Assembly: GCA_038204855.1 (NCBI GenBank)
Contig: JBBRCM010000003.1
Coordinates: 620 to 64,619, forward strand
Source of the DNA: Chitinophagales bacterium
GTDB taxonomy: Bacteria > Bacteroidota > Bacteroidia > Chitinophagales > Chitinophagaceae
Direction of reading: 5' to 3'
DNA length: 64,000 bases
The first letter of the stretch is position 1. Each line of letters starts with the position of its first letter. Position numbers and translations under genes: made by a program. The notes under the pieces are model-generated. The model saw only the letters and a program-made list of their open reading frames with translations, did no database searches and was not told the DNA's origin. This document shows positions 27,217-38,121 of this stretch, one piece after another.

Positions 27217-27374
27217 GTTGGGGATGTTGCAAAAGAATGTAAGCGTAATTTACCAGGCTTTGGCGAAACAGAGAATCTATGCTTTTAAATCCCTCACACA
27301 TTCTGACTGATTTAACCGTTATCAACCAGCCGCTTCAATAGTCCAGCGCTATTTGAGTCAACCTAAAATATTGA

Positions 27375-27734
27375 TTAGATTATATGTTTTTGTATAGTTT
27401 CGATGAAATTGCTGACTGTAAAAGGCTTTTCTATATAACCATCTGCATGTACTTTTTTACTGATGTCCTTAATATCTGCATTGGCAGAAAATATTAAAAC
27501 AGGTGTTTGTTTAGTACTTTCATTTTGCTTCATAATTTCAATAGCTTTTTCACCACCAATTTGGGGAATCCATAAATCCATAAGAATAATATGAGGATTA
27601 AATGTTTGAATATCGGTTAGAATATTTTCGCACTTTGATAAAGTTTCTACAACATAATCATACCTTGATAAGATAGCTTTACATAAAAGTAAAATCTCTT
27701 CATCATCATCGTAAATAAGGATATTTTTTTTCAT
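27375..27734 (-). CDS. single-domain response regulator
   Basis: IYDDD, LMDLWIP, FSA, EKPF. Confidence 0.9.
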   Translation of the reverse strand: MKKNILIYDDDEEILLLCKAILSRYDYVVETLSKCENILTDIQTFNPHIILMDLWIPQIGGEKAIEIMKQNESTKQTPVLIFSANADIKDISKKVHADGYIEKPFTVSNFIETIQKHII

Positions 27735-27768
27735 ATTGATTAATCGATGTAAATAAAGAACTTTTCTT

Positions 27769-30700
27769 TCAATAATTTAATGGTAACGTAAAATAAAAAA
27801 TACTTCCCTTACCAGGTTCACTGTCTACCCACATTTTACCTTCGTGCCTTTGTATAATATTGCTGGATATATAAAGCCCGATACCCAATCCCTGAAAATG
27901 GACTGCATGTTCCTCAACCCGGTAATACCTGTCAAATACTTTATCTAAATGCTGACTTGACATACCCACACCAAAATCCTGAACTGATACCTGAATGTTT
28001 CCATGTTGTTCTTCCACTTTAATAAATACTTTCTCGCCATCGGGAGAATATTTTACAGCATTGCTTAATAAATTAATCATTACCTGCTGCAGCCTCTCTT
28101 TATCGCCTTTTATTTGATGTACACTATTTCCGGTTTTTTGTATGGTATGATTTTTTGCAGTAAGCTGAATGTTTCCAATGGCATCATCCATCATTTCATT
28201 AAAATCAAACGTGGTTATATTATAATCCAGTTTTCCATTTTGTATTTTACTGGCATCTAATAATTCTGTAACTAAACTGTTCAGCCTTTCTACTGCCCCA
28301 TTAGCTTTACTGGCGTATAACAAAGCAGTTTGGTCTTCTTCGCTTAACTGCAGTTGCAATAATTCAAGATACCCTTTGGCAGTAGTTAAAGGCGTTTTCA
28401 TTTCATGGCTTGCAATACTGATAAAGTCATCTTTTTGCTGCTCCTTTGTTTTCTGCTCATGAATATCCGTATTGGTTCCTATCCATCGCTCAATATTTCC
28501 GTAGGCATCTTTTACAGGATAGCCACGGGTGAGAAACCAACGATATTCCCCATCATCCCTGCGAAGCCGGCAGGTTATCTCAAAAGGTTCGTCTTTTTTC
28601 CATGCTTCTTTTAAAAACTTACTTACTTGTTCAACTTTATCGGGGTGATGCACTTTTTGCCATCCCGATCCTTCCATTTCTTTAAGTGTGGTTCCGGTGT
28701 AATCATACCATTGCTGGTTGTAAAAATAAATCCAGCCGTCGGCATTGGCAATCCATGCAAGGTTTTGAATGTTGTCGGCAAAAATCCGAAATTGCTTTTC
28801 ACTTTCCGTAATTTTCTCCTGAGCCTGTTTCTGTTCGGTAATATCAATACTAATCCCGGTAAGTGTTTCTGCTTCGCCTTCATCGTTATAATAATATTTT
28901 CCTACAGAACGTATCGAGCGGATATCATGATCATCAGCTTTATGTATCCTATATTCTACATCATAAATGCTATGATTAACCTTCGACTCTTCTATTTTTT
29001 TGAAAGCCAATTTTTTATCTTCCGGCAAAATCGCTTTATGCCAGTCTTCATAAGTGACGTCTTGATAAGGGGCATTATATCCCCACATCATTTTATGCGT
29101 TTCAGACCACTGCAATTTCGATAATACCACGTCGAGAGACCAAATGCCAATGTTGGCCGAATCTGTGGCCAATTTTAATTGGCTTGCCAATTTTTTTTGT
29201 TCCGCTTCGTTTTCCTCAATTTGCTTTTTTGCCTGCACATAATCGGTTACCTCCGTGCCAATAACCGTTACGCCAGAGATCGTATTATCTACTTCGGTAT
29301 AAGGTTGAATAACAACACTGAAAAAACGCTCTTCGGATATGCGGTTGTTCATCAGGATAGCCCTGTTTTCGTTGAATGTGTACGGTATTCCCGTTGTAAA
29401 AACATCGTTTAATTGCTTTGGGAACGCCTGGCTTGCTAATTCTGGCATCACCTCAAACAAGGGCTTGCCTATTATTTCAGGTCCTTTCCCCCAGATTTTA
29501 AGCAGCGGTTCGTTCGCTAAAGTCACTACCATATTTGCTCCTTTTAAAATACCGATTGACATAATGGATTGCGAAAGGATATTACTGATACGCTTTTCGC
29601 TTTCTTCAATTTGTTTTTTTGCGTGCACCTGTTGAGTTACATCGGTCGCAAGCACGGTTATACCCGTAATGGTATCATCCACATCCCGGTAAGGCTGATA
29701 CACAAAATTAAAATAAGCATCTACAGGTATTCCGTTGCGTACCAAAATGGCTTTAGTTTCGATTCCTTCGTAAGCAACTCCGGTAGTGTAAACATCAGCA
29801 AGCAATTGCGGAAATACCTGGTCTTTTAATTCGGGCACTCCCTCCAGTAGGGGTTTGTTAAGTACTGCATTGCCTTTTCCAAGCACATTGATCATTGGCT
29901 CATTGGCAAATTCGACTACCATTTCGGGTCCTTTAAAAATAGCGATTGCCATAAGCGATTGCGACAGGATATTGCTGAAACGTTTTTCGCTTGCTTCAAT
30001 TTGTCTTTTTGCAAACACAGATTCGGTTACTTCGGTTGCGAATACGGTAATGCCAGTAACAGCATCATCCACATCCCTGTAGGGTTGGTAAATTATATTG
30101 AAATAACATTCTTCCTCTTTCCCGTTGCGATTGATAATGGCTCTGATTTCGTTTGTTGCAAAAGCTACTCCGGTAGTATAAACATCCAGCAGCAATTTTG
30201 GAAAGATCTGGTCTTTTACTTCGGGCAGAAATTCTAACAAGGATTTGCCGATCACATTTTCTTTTGCCCACATTGTAAGAATGGGTTCATTAGCAAATGC
30301 AACCACCATTTCGGGGCCTTCAAATATGCAAATTCCCATGAGAGATTGCATAAGCATATTGCTGAAACGCTTTTCGCCTGCTTCAATTTGCTTTTTTGCC
30401 AACACCTGTTCGGTTACATCGGTGGCAAGTATAGTAATGCCAGTTATACTATTGTCAACTTCAGTATAGGGTTGATATACAAAATTATAATAAACGTCTT
30501 CTTCTTTCCCGTTGCGTATGAGGGTGGCTTTTACTTCGTATCCATAATAAGGTACTCCTGTAGTATAAACCTGGTGAAGCAATTCTGGAAATCCCTGGCT
30601 TCTTAATTCAGGCAACACTTCAAAAAGAGGCTTTCCAATTATATTCCCCCCTTTCCCCCAGGTAGCTATAATCGGATCGTTGGCAAAGGTTACTACCATA

Positions 30701-32049
30701 TCAGTTCCTTTTAAAATCCCAATGGCCATAATAGATTGAGAGAGGATATTGCTGAAACGCTTTTCACTTTCTTCTATTTGTTTGCGGGCATTTACAGTTT
30801 CTGTTACTTCCGTTCCTATGGATATAATGCCGTAAATTTTATAATCCGCATCACGCAATGGCTGATACACCGAATTGAAATAAGCGGTTTCGGGTTTTCC
30901 CGGGCGTTTAAGTTGAACCATGTATTCGTTGGCAATAAAGGCTTCCCCGGTATCATATATATTCGTGAATATAGTTTTTAACCCATCTTCCGTTTCAGGC
31001 GACACTTCAAACAACGGTTTGTTGATTACCTGCCCGTAAGATTTTCCCAAAACTTCAAGCGCTTTTTTATTAATTGTTGTTACTCTATTAGAAGGGCCCT
31101 CAAATGTGGTAATGAGCACCGGTGCCTGTAATATGAGATTGCGGAAACGCTCTTCGCTTTCTTCTAATTTTATTTTGGCAATTGACTGTTCTGTAACATC
31201 CTACAGCGTTCCGTTAAAACGGTAAGCTTTTTTATCATCTCCAAACCAAGCCCGGCCCTTGGCTCTTACAATACGGTCCTGTTTTGTTAACGGATCCAGT
31301 ATACTGTATTCAATATCATACAACCCACCCGATTCGTATTGTAAAGTTTTTTGTATAGCATTCGCAACACGGCTTCTGTCTTTTTCAACCATCACATCTA
31401 TTGCCAGGGTAAGATCAACCTCCCTTTCATGCGGCAGGCCAAACCAATCTTTAAGCCGGTTATTGGCAATAAATTTATTTGTTAATGGATTTAAATCGAA
31501 GGTGCCTAGCTCTGTTGCTTCAATTGCAAACCCTAACTGATCATTGGTTTCTATTAAATTTTTAAGATTGTTTACTTTTTCAGTGGTTTCGATGAGGGTT
31601 AAAAATACGCCTGCTGTCACATTGCTTTCGTTTTTAACCGGGCTAAAGCTGAAAGTCCAATAGGCATCTTTCAGTGCTCCTTCACGATATATGGGAACGA
31701 ACTGATCTTCACTCCAGGTGGCTTCACCACCTTTAAGCACCTGATCAATTGGAGGTTTTACAATATGCCATGTTTCAGGCCAGGCTTCTTCGCCCTTCAT
31801 CCCCAATAGTAAAGGGTGCTTCCCATCATTACCCAAGCTGAAGCGGTAGGCATCGTTGTAAAAACAAACCAGGTCGGCACCCCAGTATAGGAACATCGGA
31901 AATTTGGAGTTAAGCAAAATACCAAGCGTAGTCCGCAGGCTTTGTGGCCATTCATCTGCCGGGTCCAGGGTAGAAGATTCCCAGTTGTATGTTCGCATTA
32001 AAGCGCCCATTTCTCCGCCGCCTGAAAGAAATTGCAAAGATTTAGTCAT
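27769..32049 (-). pseudogene. multi-PAS sensor histidine kinase interrupted by one in-frame TAG at 31201-31203
   Basis: ORFs 31201-32049 and 27769-31119 share a frame: RFNGTL*DVTEQSIAKIKLEESEERFRN; HisKA SHEMKTPLT, NAVKYS, GLGIGL. Confidence 0.8.
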
Positions 32050-32108
32050 TTAATTTTATTTAGTACAACCGGCAAAAAAGCTGTTAGTTATCTGTTCTTA
32101 AGACTTCC

Positions 32109-32252
32109 TTAAATTTTGAGTGCAGTTTCAACATCTGTCTCCATAACAAAAGAAAGACCCTGAAATGTGGCAATAAGTAGCGGTGCCTGAAAAACGACGT
32201 TGGAAAATGTAGCCTTTCTGGTTTTTGTTTCATCGTTTGTCACTTTGTACAT
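32109..32252 (-). pseudogene. degenerate PAS-module fragment
   Basis: TFSNVVFQAPLLIATFQGLS resembles the kinase repeat RFRNLILQAPVLITTFEGPS; stops and a frameshift follow. Confidence 0.5.
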
Positions 32253-32431
32253 TTTAGGTATGTTAGGTTCCTAAAGGTATACTTAATTTATTTTTGTGAG
32301 ATGCGATGTACATGTTTTTGTATCTGTTGCTTTTCCTGACAAAGTTTAACCGATTCAGTAGCTCCGCCTCTCCAACCCAATAGGCGAGCCTACTCCTGAA
32401 ACAGAATACATATTCCCTTGCACGTTACTGC

Positions 32432-32464
32432 AAAAAAAGACCGGCAAAATTTTACCGGTCTTTT
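32432..32464 (-). terminator. terminator after TIGR00266 gene
   Basis: AAAAGACCGG...CCGGTCTTTT. Confidence 0.7.
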
Positions 32465-32484
32465 CTATCTTTTAAAGCGATTCG

Positions 32485-33273
32485 TTATTCTCTGCCATCC
32501 AGTAAATTACCGAGGCCGCCCAAAATGCTGCCTTCTTCTTTACGGTGATAAGTGTATTGCTGTAACCTGGCGGCCAGGCGGCTTATAGGTAAACTCTGTA
32601 GCCAAACTTTGCCCGGACCGGTTAGTTTGGCAAAAAATAAACCTTCGCCGCCAAACATCCAGTTTTTAATGCCACGTACCATTTCCACATCAAAATCAAT
32701 ACCTGCGGTGTAGGCAACCACACAACCGGTATCTACCTTTAAAATTTCGCCGGGTTGCAATTCTCTTTCAATCACATAGCCGCCTGCATGTGCAAAGGCG
32801 AAGCCGTCGCCTTCCAGTTTTTCCATAATAAAACCTTCGCCGCCAAAAATGCCGGTGCCCAGTCTGCGCTGAAATTCAATACCAATGCTTACACCTTTGG
32901 CAGCGCACAGGAATGCATCTTTTTGTGCAATGATCTTGCCACCGAGCTGCTGCAGATCGAACACCACAATTTTTCCTGTGTATGGTGCGGCAAAACTCAC
33001 TTTCTTTTTTCCTTGCCCCGTGTTCGTAAAAGCGGTCATAAATAAACTTTCGCCTACCAGCAATCTTTTACCGGCACTAAAAAGTTTACCCAGCAAACTG
33101 TTATCCTGTTGCTGGCTGCCATCACCAAAAATGGTATGCATTTCAATGCCGTTGTCCATCATCATAAAGGCGCCGCTTTCGGCAATGGCGGTTTCGTTGG
33201 GGTCGAGTTCAATTTCTACAAACTGAAGTTCTTCTCCGTAAATTTTGTAATCAATTTCATGGTTTGTTCGCAT
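32485..33273 (-). CDS. TIGR00266/AIM24 family protein
   Basis: AESGAFMMM, GESLFMT, repeated FGGEG motifs. Confidence 0.88.
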   Translation of the reverse strand: MRTNHEIDYKIYGEELQFVEIELDPNETAIAESGAFMMMDNGIEMHTIFGDGSQQQDNSLLGKLFSAGKRLLVGESLFMTAFTNTGQGKKKVSFAAPYTGKIVVFDLQQLGGKIIAQKDAFLCAAKGVSIGIEFQRRLGTGIFGGEGFIMEKLEGDGFAFAHAGGYVIERELQPGEILKVDTGCVVAYTAGIDFDVEMVRGIKNWMFGGEGLFFAKLTGPGKVWLQSLPISRLAARLQQYTYHRKEEGSILGGLGNLLDGRE

Positions 33274-33284
33274 GGCTATAGTTT

Positions 33285-33698
33285 TTATAGTAGTTGTAAA
33301 ATTTCATTAGATGAGTATACAGGTATTGATGATAATTTATAATCAGCAATATTCCGGGTAATGATATATTCAATATCTCCTTTTTCCATAGCAGAAAAAT
33401 ACTGGATGGCATCTTCTATATCTGTAAATTTTGAAGTGAATGCTTTTTCCAAAATCAATTTACTTACAGGAATAATATCCAGGTGTTTTATAATATTATA
33501 AATGAGTTTATCGGCGTTGCTGATCTTCATCCGTTGCGACAGGATGTAGTAAGTAGTTGCAATACTGTTGGACGAAGTGAACAATCTTACTTTTTTATCT
33601 ACACCCAAACTGAAGATTTTAGCTGCATGTAAAGAAAAATCCTTTCTGTCGCTTAATAAGTCTATAATTATATCCGTATCAATAAACAGGTTAGTCAT
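33285..33698 (-). CDS. PIN domain toxin (VapC-like)
   Basis: IDTDIIIDL, DIEDAIQY, ITRNIADY. Confidence 0.88.
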   Translation of the reverse strand: MTNLFIDTDIIIDLLSDRKDFSLHAAKIFSLGVDKKVRLFTSSNSIATTYYILSQRMKISNADKLIYNIIKHLDIIPVSKLILEKAFTSKFTDIEDAIQYFSAMEKGDIEYIITRNIADYKLSSIPVYSSNEILQLL

Positions 33699-33939
33699 AC
33701 TTTTTCTTTTTAGCCATAATTTTTTTTATTTCTGTCTTATGATTAAAATTTGTGCCAACCACAATTTTACCCATCAGTCGTTTTATTTCAGGATGTATTT
33801 CATCGTCATCCACTTCCTTGGTTAAAACTTTTAATTGAGATTCTACCAGGTTCGACAAAGTCCTGCCATTGCTTTTTGCAAAACGCCTGGCTTTATCAAT
33901 TACCCCCTTATCCAGGCTTAACGTGAGCTTTGTATTCAT
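33691..33939 (-). CDS. antitoxin, DUF6364/RHH-like
   Basis: MNTKLTLSLDKGVIDKAR...LSNLVE; overlaps the PIN gene start. Confidence 0.82.
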   Translation of the reverse strand: MNTKLTLSLDKGVIDKARRFAKSNGRTLSNLVESQLKVLTKEVDDDEIHPEIKRLMGKIVVGTNFNHKTEIKKIMAKKKKYD

Positions 33940-34030
33940 ACGTAAAAATTTTATCAAAAATACGTAAAATAAATAAAATGCCACCCATTTGCATGAACGG
34001 CATTAAAAATTTAAGTGTTAAAAGGAATGG

Positions 34031-34216
34031 TTACAAAGACTTTATCCAGGTAACCAATTCATCACGCCCCTTACCTACCTTTTGCTGAAGTTTACCCAAC
34101 ATCTCCTCGTCTTTTCCTTCTTCATACTTCAGGTCATCATCTGTAAGATCGGCATAAGCCTGTTTTATTTTACCTTTCACTTCTGTCCAGGTTCCTTTAA
34201 ATTCTAACTTATCCAT
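34031..34216 (-). CDS. CsbD family stress protein
   Basis: [23 protein letters not shown]...GKLQQKVG. Confidence 0.9.
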   Translation of the reverse strand: MDKLEFKGTWTEVKGKIKQAYADLTDDDLKYEEGKDEEMLGKLQQKVGKGRDELVTWIKSL

Positions 34217-34333
34217 AACTATTATTTTAAAATGATAAAAAGGTTTACAAATAAGCAGCACTATTTTCATGCCAAAAAAAAATGCCGCTCATTTGCATGA
34301 GCAGCACTTCAGATTTTTCATATCCGGAATAAG

Positions 34334-37300
34334 TTATGCTTTGTTGTCCTGCTTTATTTCTTTCAACTTTCCGTTCCATACTTTTTTACCCTGCAGTCTT
34401 CTTACCAAATACATCAGCCCTACAAATATGAAGAAGAAGGGACCAGCAAAACCGAGTAACCCGATGAATTTGGTACCATAGAATTTTTCCATCGGTCTGC
34501 GCAACCTTTCAGAAATAAGGTACATACTGGGCACCATTATCAACGTAAGGAAGAAGGCGAATATTAAACCAAAGATCATCGTCCAGCTTAACGGCCCCCA
34601 GAAAACAACACTATCGCCTCCGAAGAAAATATGCGGATTCAGGTGCTGGAAGAACGAAACGAAATCAATATTAAAACCAACAGCCAGTGGCAACAGACCC
34701 AGTATGGTTGCAATGGCAGTAAGCATTACCGGAATAATACGGATCTTGCCGGCTTCAATAGCAGCGGCTCTTGTACGCATGCCCCTGCCCCGCAACTCAT
34801 CAGTAAATTCTATCAATAAAATTCCATTTTTAATTACAATGCCTGCCAGTGCAATAATACCTACACCCAGCATGATGGTAGCTATCGTCATACCGGTTAA
34901 GGCATAACCCAGCAATACACCAATGATGCTGAAGAATATTTCGGTGATAACAATAAAGGGTTTACTGATGCTGTTGAACTGCAAAACCAATATCAAAAAT
35001 ATAATTGCCAATGCACCAAGTAAAGCCATGCCTAAAAACGAAGTTGTTTCTTTTTCCTGCTCACTTTGTCCGCTTAGTTTTAAAGTAACATCAGATGGTA
35101 TTTTATTTTTCGATTTAAAATCATCCAGCTTTAACTGCAGTGCGGCATTTACAGGGCCTACCATGGTAGGATCAAGCACATTACTCTGCAACTGTATGGT
35201 ACGTTTAACATTTTTACGTTTTACAGCACCAGTTGCAGTAGTGTAATCAAGGCTTGCCACCGAACTTATGGGAATACTTTTTACCCGCATGGTATTCATA
35301 TCCATAAATGTAATTCGCATGTTCATCAGGTCGGTAATATTGTGGCGCACCAGGTCGGTAGTGCGTAGCTGAATCTTGTATTCATCTTCGCCATCTTTTA
35401 GTTTACTTACCTCTTTACCAAATAAAGCGGTACGTATTTCCATACCTATCTGGCCGGTGCTTAATCCTTCGATCATGGCTCTTTCCCTATCTACATTAAT
35501 CGTTATTTCCGGGCTGTTCAGGTCCACATCCATCTGCAGGTTTTCAATACCGTTGATCTGGTTGGTATCCATGTAATGCGAAAGATCATTGGCCACTTTT
35601 GCTATACTTTCAAAATTATCGCCCTGTATTTCAACGTTCACCGGCGGATCAGTTGGTGGACCCCCATCTTCCTGTGCCACTTCAATACTGGCGCCGGGTA
35701 TACCTGTCATCTGCCTGCGTATCTCATCTTTAAACGGCAATGTTTTTTTACCCCCTCTTTTATCATATTCTACAAACGATACCTGTATGCGGCCCAGGTT
35801 TGGCTGTACACTCCGGTTGTTATCCCGAGGGTTGTTGGCACTAACAGCCACATTGGTAATGATACTTTCTACAATACCGCCGGGTTGTGTTGGTAATTCT
35901 TTTTCTAATATTTTTTGTACACGGCCTTCCAGTAAATGTGTAATACTGTCTGTGTATTTTATATCGGTGCCAACCGGCAATTTTAAATAAACATAAACAA
36001 AATTAGGATCGCCGCTGGGGAAGAAGGTTGACTTGGTTCTACCTGCTTTTACACTTAGCATTACTAATATAACAGATACTGCAAACAAACCAAACAACGA
36101 TGCAAATGCCCACACCGGCCTCCAGCCAACCAATATCCATTTCAATAAACGTTCGTAATGATTCATCAACCAGGGCAATGCCTTTTTCTGGAAAGCATGT
36201 ATGGCATCGTTTAACACGTAAGCATTAAGCACCATTAATAATGCCATCATTATAAGAAAATTTGCAAACCCGTGCATACCAAATACATGCAACAGCAACC
36301 CGGTGATTGCAAAACTTATAAACCATTTATTTGTCCAGATGGCCTTTTTAGGTTTTTCATATTCTTTGCCCTCGGGCTTCATAAAGCTCACAGCAAAAAC
36401 CGGATTAAAAATAAATGCTACAATTAAGGATGCGGCTAAAGTAAGAATGAGCATTGCAGGCAGGTAAATCATAAACTTACCAATTAAACCTTTCCACAAA
36501 AGTAGCGGGAAGAATGGTGCCAACGTAGTTGCCGTACCGGCCAGCACCGGGATAAAAACCTCGCCTGCAGCCTCTTTAGCACTTCGGACTATGGGTACTT
36601 TACCATTGCTATAAATACGGTGGGTATTCTCAATAACCACAATCGCATCATCCACAATAATACCGAGGCCCAGCAATAATGCAAAGAGTACAATAAAATT
36701 CAGGGTAACTGTTGTGCCAATAATTCCATCTGCCAACGGCAAAAACATAAAAGCCACAAACACACTCAGTGGTACACTTAATGCCACAAAAAAGGCATTG
36801 GTAACACCCATAAAAAACATCAGAATAATTAATACCAGCACAAAACCAATGATGATGGTGTTTACCAGTTCGTTAAAAGAAGTTTTGGTGGCTTTACTTA
36901 AATCGCCGGTTATCACCACTTTTAAATCTTTAGGCAGGTCTTCCTTCACCTTCATATCTTCCACAATGCCTTTTATTTTATCGGCAGCATTAATTAAATT
37001 TTCGCCGGCACGTTTTACTATGTTAAGCGTTACCACATTCTTACCATCTAAACGTGCATAACTGTCTTTTTCTTTAATGGTATCTTTTAGCTCGGCAATA
37101 TCTTTTAAATAAACAGTAGCGCCCTGTACACTGCTGCGTACTACAATATTATTTAGGTTAAGTGCGCTTATGAATTGTCCCTTTACTTTAATGGTGCGCC
37201 GCATATCGCCTACTTCCAATGTACCGCCGGTAATATCCCTGTTCTCCCGGCTGATGGCATTTTCAATATCCATAAAACTCACACGGGCCTGGCTCATTTT

Positions 37301-37915
37301 GTAAGGATCTACATTTACCTGTATCTCTCTTTCAGGTGCACCCACAATTTCGGCACGGGTAATCTCTGTTAGTTCTTCAAACCTGTCCTGCAGTTTATCG
37401 GCATACTGTTTCAGTTTTATGCCATCATAATCACCACTTACATTTACAAACATGATGGGCATTTCACTGAATGCAAATTCAGCTACATTGGGTTCAGCCG
37501 TAAGGTCGTTTGGCAGATCTGTTTTTGCTTTATCTATAGCATCCTTAACTTTCTGTTTGGCTACTTCTGTTTTTACATCGGTATCAAACTCGGTTACAAT
37601 CAGGCTGTAATCTGCCTGCGAGGTGCTGGTAATTTTTTTAACCTTGGCACCGCTAATTCCTTTCAATTGCTTTTCAATTGGCCTGGTTACCAGGTTTTCA
37701 ATATCTTTTGGTGAGTTACCAGCATAAACCGTAACTATGGAAATAGTGGGCACCACAATATCCGGAAACTGCTCCTTGGGCATGGTATTGAACTTGATAA
37801 GGCCAAAGGCCGATATCAGTACTGCAATAATATATATTGCCGTTCGGTTGTCAATAGCCCAGCTTGTAGGTTTAAACTGTTTAAATTTCTCTTTTACTCC
37901 TTCAATGAAATTCAT
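34334..37915 (-). CDS. RND efflux permease subunit
   Basis: FPDIVVP, GIIVDDAIVVIEN, RIIPVMLTA; 12+ TM. Confidence 0.93.
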   Translation of the reverse strand: MNFIEGVKEKFKQFKPTSWAIDNRTAIYIIAVLISAFGLIKFNTMPKEQFPDIVVPTISIVTVYAGNSPKDIENLVTRPIEKQLKGISGAKVKKITSTSQADYSLIVTEFDTDVKTEVAKQKVKDAIDKAKTDLPNDLTAEPNVAEFAFSEMPIMFVNVSGDYDGIKLKQYADKLQDRFEELTEITRAEIVGAPEREIQVNVDPYKMSQARVSFMDIENAISRENRDITGGTLEVGDMRRTIKVKGQFISALNLNNIVVRSSVQGATVYLKDIAELKDTIKEKDSYARLDGKNVVTLNIVKRAGENLINAADKIKGIVEDMKVKEDLPKDLKVVITGDLSKATKTSFNELVNTIIIGFVLVLIILMFFMGVTNAFFVALSVPLSVFVAFMFLPLADGIIGTTVTLNFIVLFALLLGLGIIVDDAIVVIENTHRIYSNGKVPIVRSAKEAAGEVFIPVLAGTATTLAPFFPLLLWKGLIGKFMIYLPAMLILTLAASLIVAFIFNPVFAVSFMKPEGKEYEKPKKAIWTNKWFISFAITGLLLHVFGMHGFANFLIMMALLMVLNAYVLNDAIHAFQKKALPWLMNHYERLLKWILVGWRPVWAFASLFGLFAVSVILVMLSVKAGRTKSTFFPSGDPNFVYVYLKLPVGTDIKYTDSITHLLEGRVQKILEKELPTQPGGIVESIITNVAVSANNPRDNNRSVQPNLGRIQVSFVEYDKRGGKKTLPFKDEIRRQMTGIPGASIEVAQEDGGPPTDPPVNVEIQGDNFESIAKVANDLSHYMDTNQINGIENLQMDVDLNSPEITINVDRERAMIEGLSTGQIGMEIRTALFGKEVSKLKDGEDEYKIQLRTTDLVRHNITDLMNMRITFMDMNTMRVKSIPISSVASLDYTTATGAVKRKNVKRTIQLQSNVLDPTMVGPVNAALQLKLDDFKSKNKIPSDVTLKLSGQSEQEKETTSFLGMALLGALAIIFLILVLQFNSISKPFIVITEIFFSIIGVLLGYALTGMTIATIMLGVGIIALAGIVIKNGILLIEFTDELRGRGMRTRAAAIEAGKIRIIPVMLTAIATILGLLPLAVGFNIDFVSFFQHLNPHIFFGGDSVVFWGPLSWTMIFGLIFAFFLTLIMVPSMYLISERLRRPMEKFYGTKFIGLLGFAGPFFFIFVGLMYLVRRLQGKKVWNGKLKEIKQDNKA

Positions 37916-37928
37916 AAGTAAATATTTG

Positions 37929-38114
37929 GCCCCCTCTATCTCCCCCAACGGGGGAGGATAAGGAGAAGATTATGTTTTATTTTTGGCCTCACCCCAACCC
38001 CTCTCCAAAGGAGAGGGAACTGAAAGTTGGTACTCTGTAATTCAAAATTTCTGTAATTTATCTTCGCTTCTATCTTCCACATTTCCTCCCCCTTCGGGGG
38101 AGATAGAGGGGGGC
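37929..38114. repeat. composite REP/MITE-like element
   Basis: About 30-bp inverted arms (37929-37958 / 38084-38114), each an internal hairpin, flanking a central REP copy at 37987-38030. Confidence 0.75.
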
Positions 38115-38121
38115 TGGGGCT

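Noticed and set aside
29190-31160. CRISPR array or other non-coding repeat array
   Set aside because: The repeats are in-frame PAS modules of about 390 bp; no short repeat-spacer array or cas gene anywhere in the window
31201-31203. Genome-wide TAG reassignment or pyrrolysine
   Set aside because: TAG terminates murI, pheS and other genes at expected lengths; no pyl genes in the window
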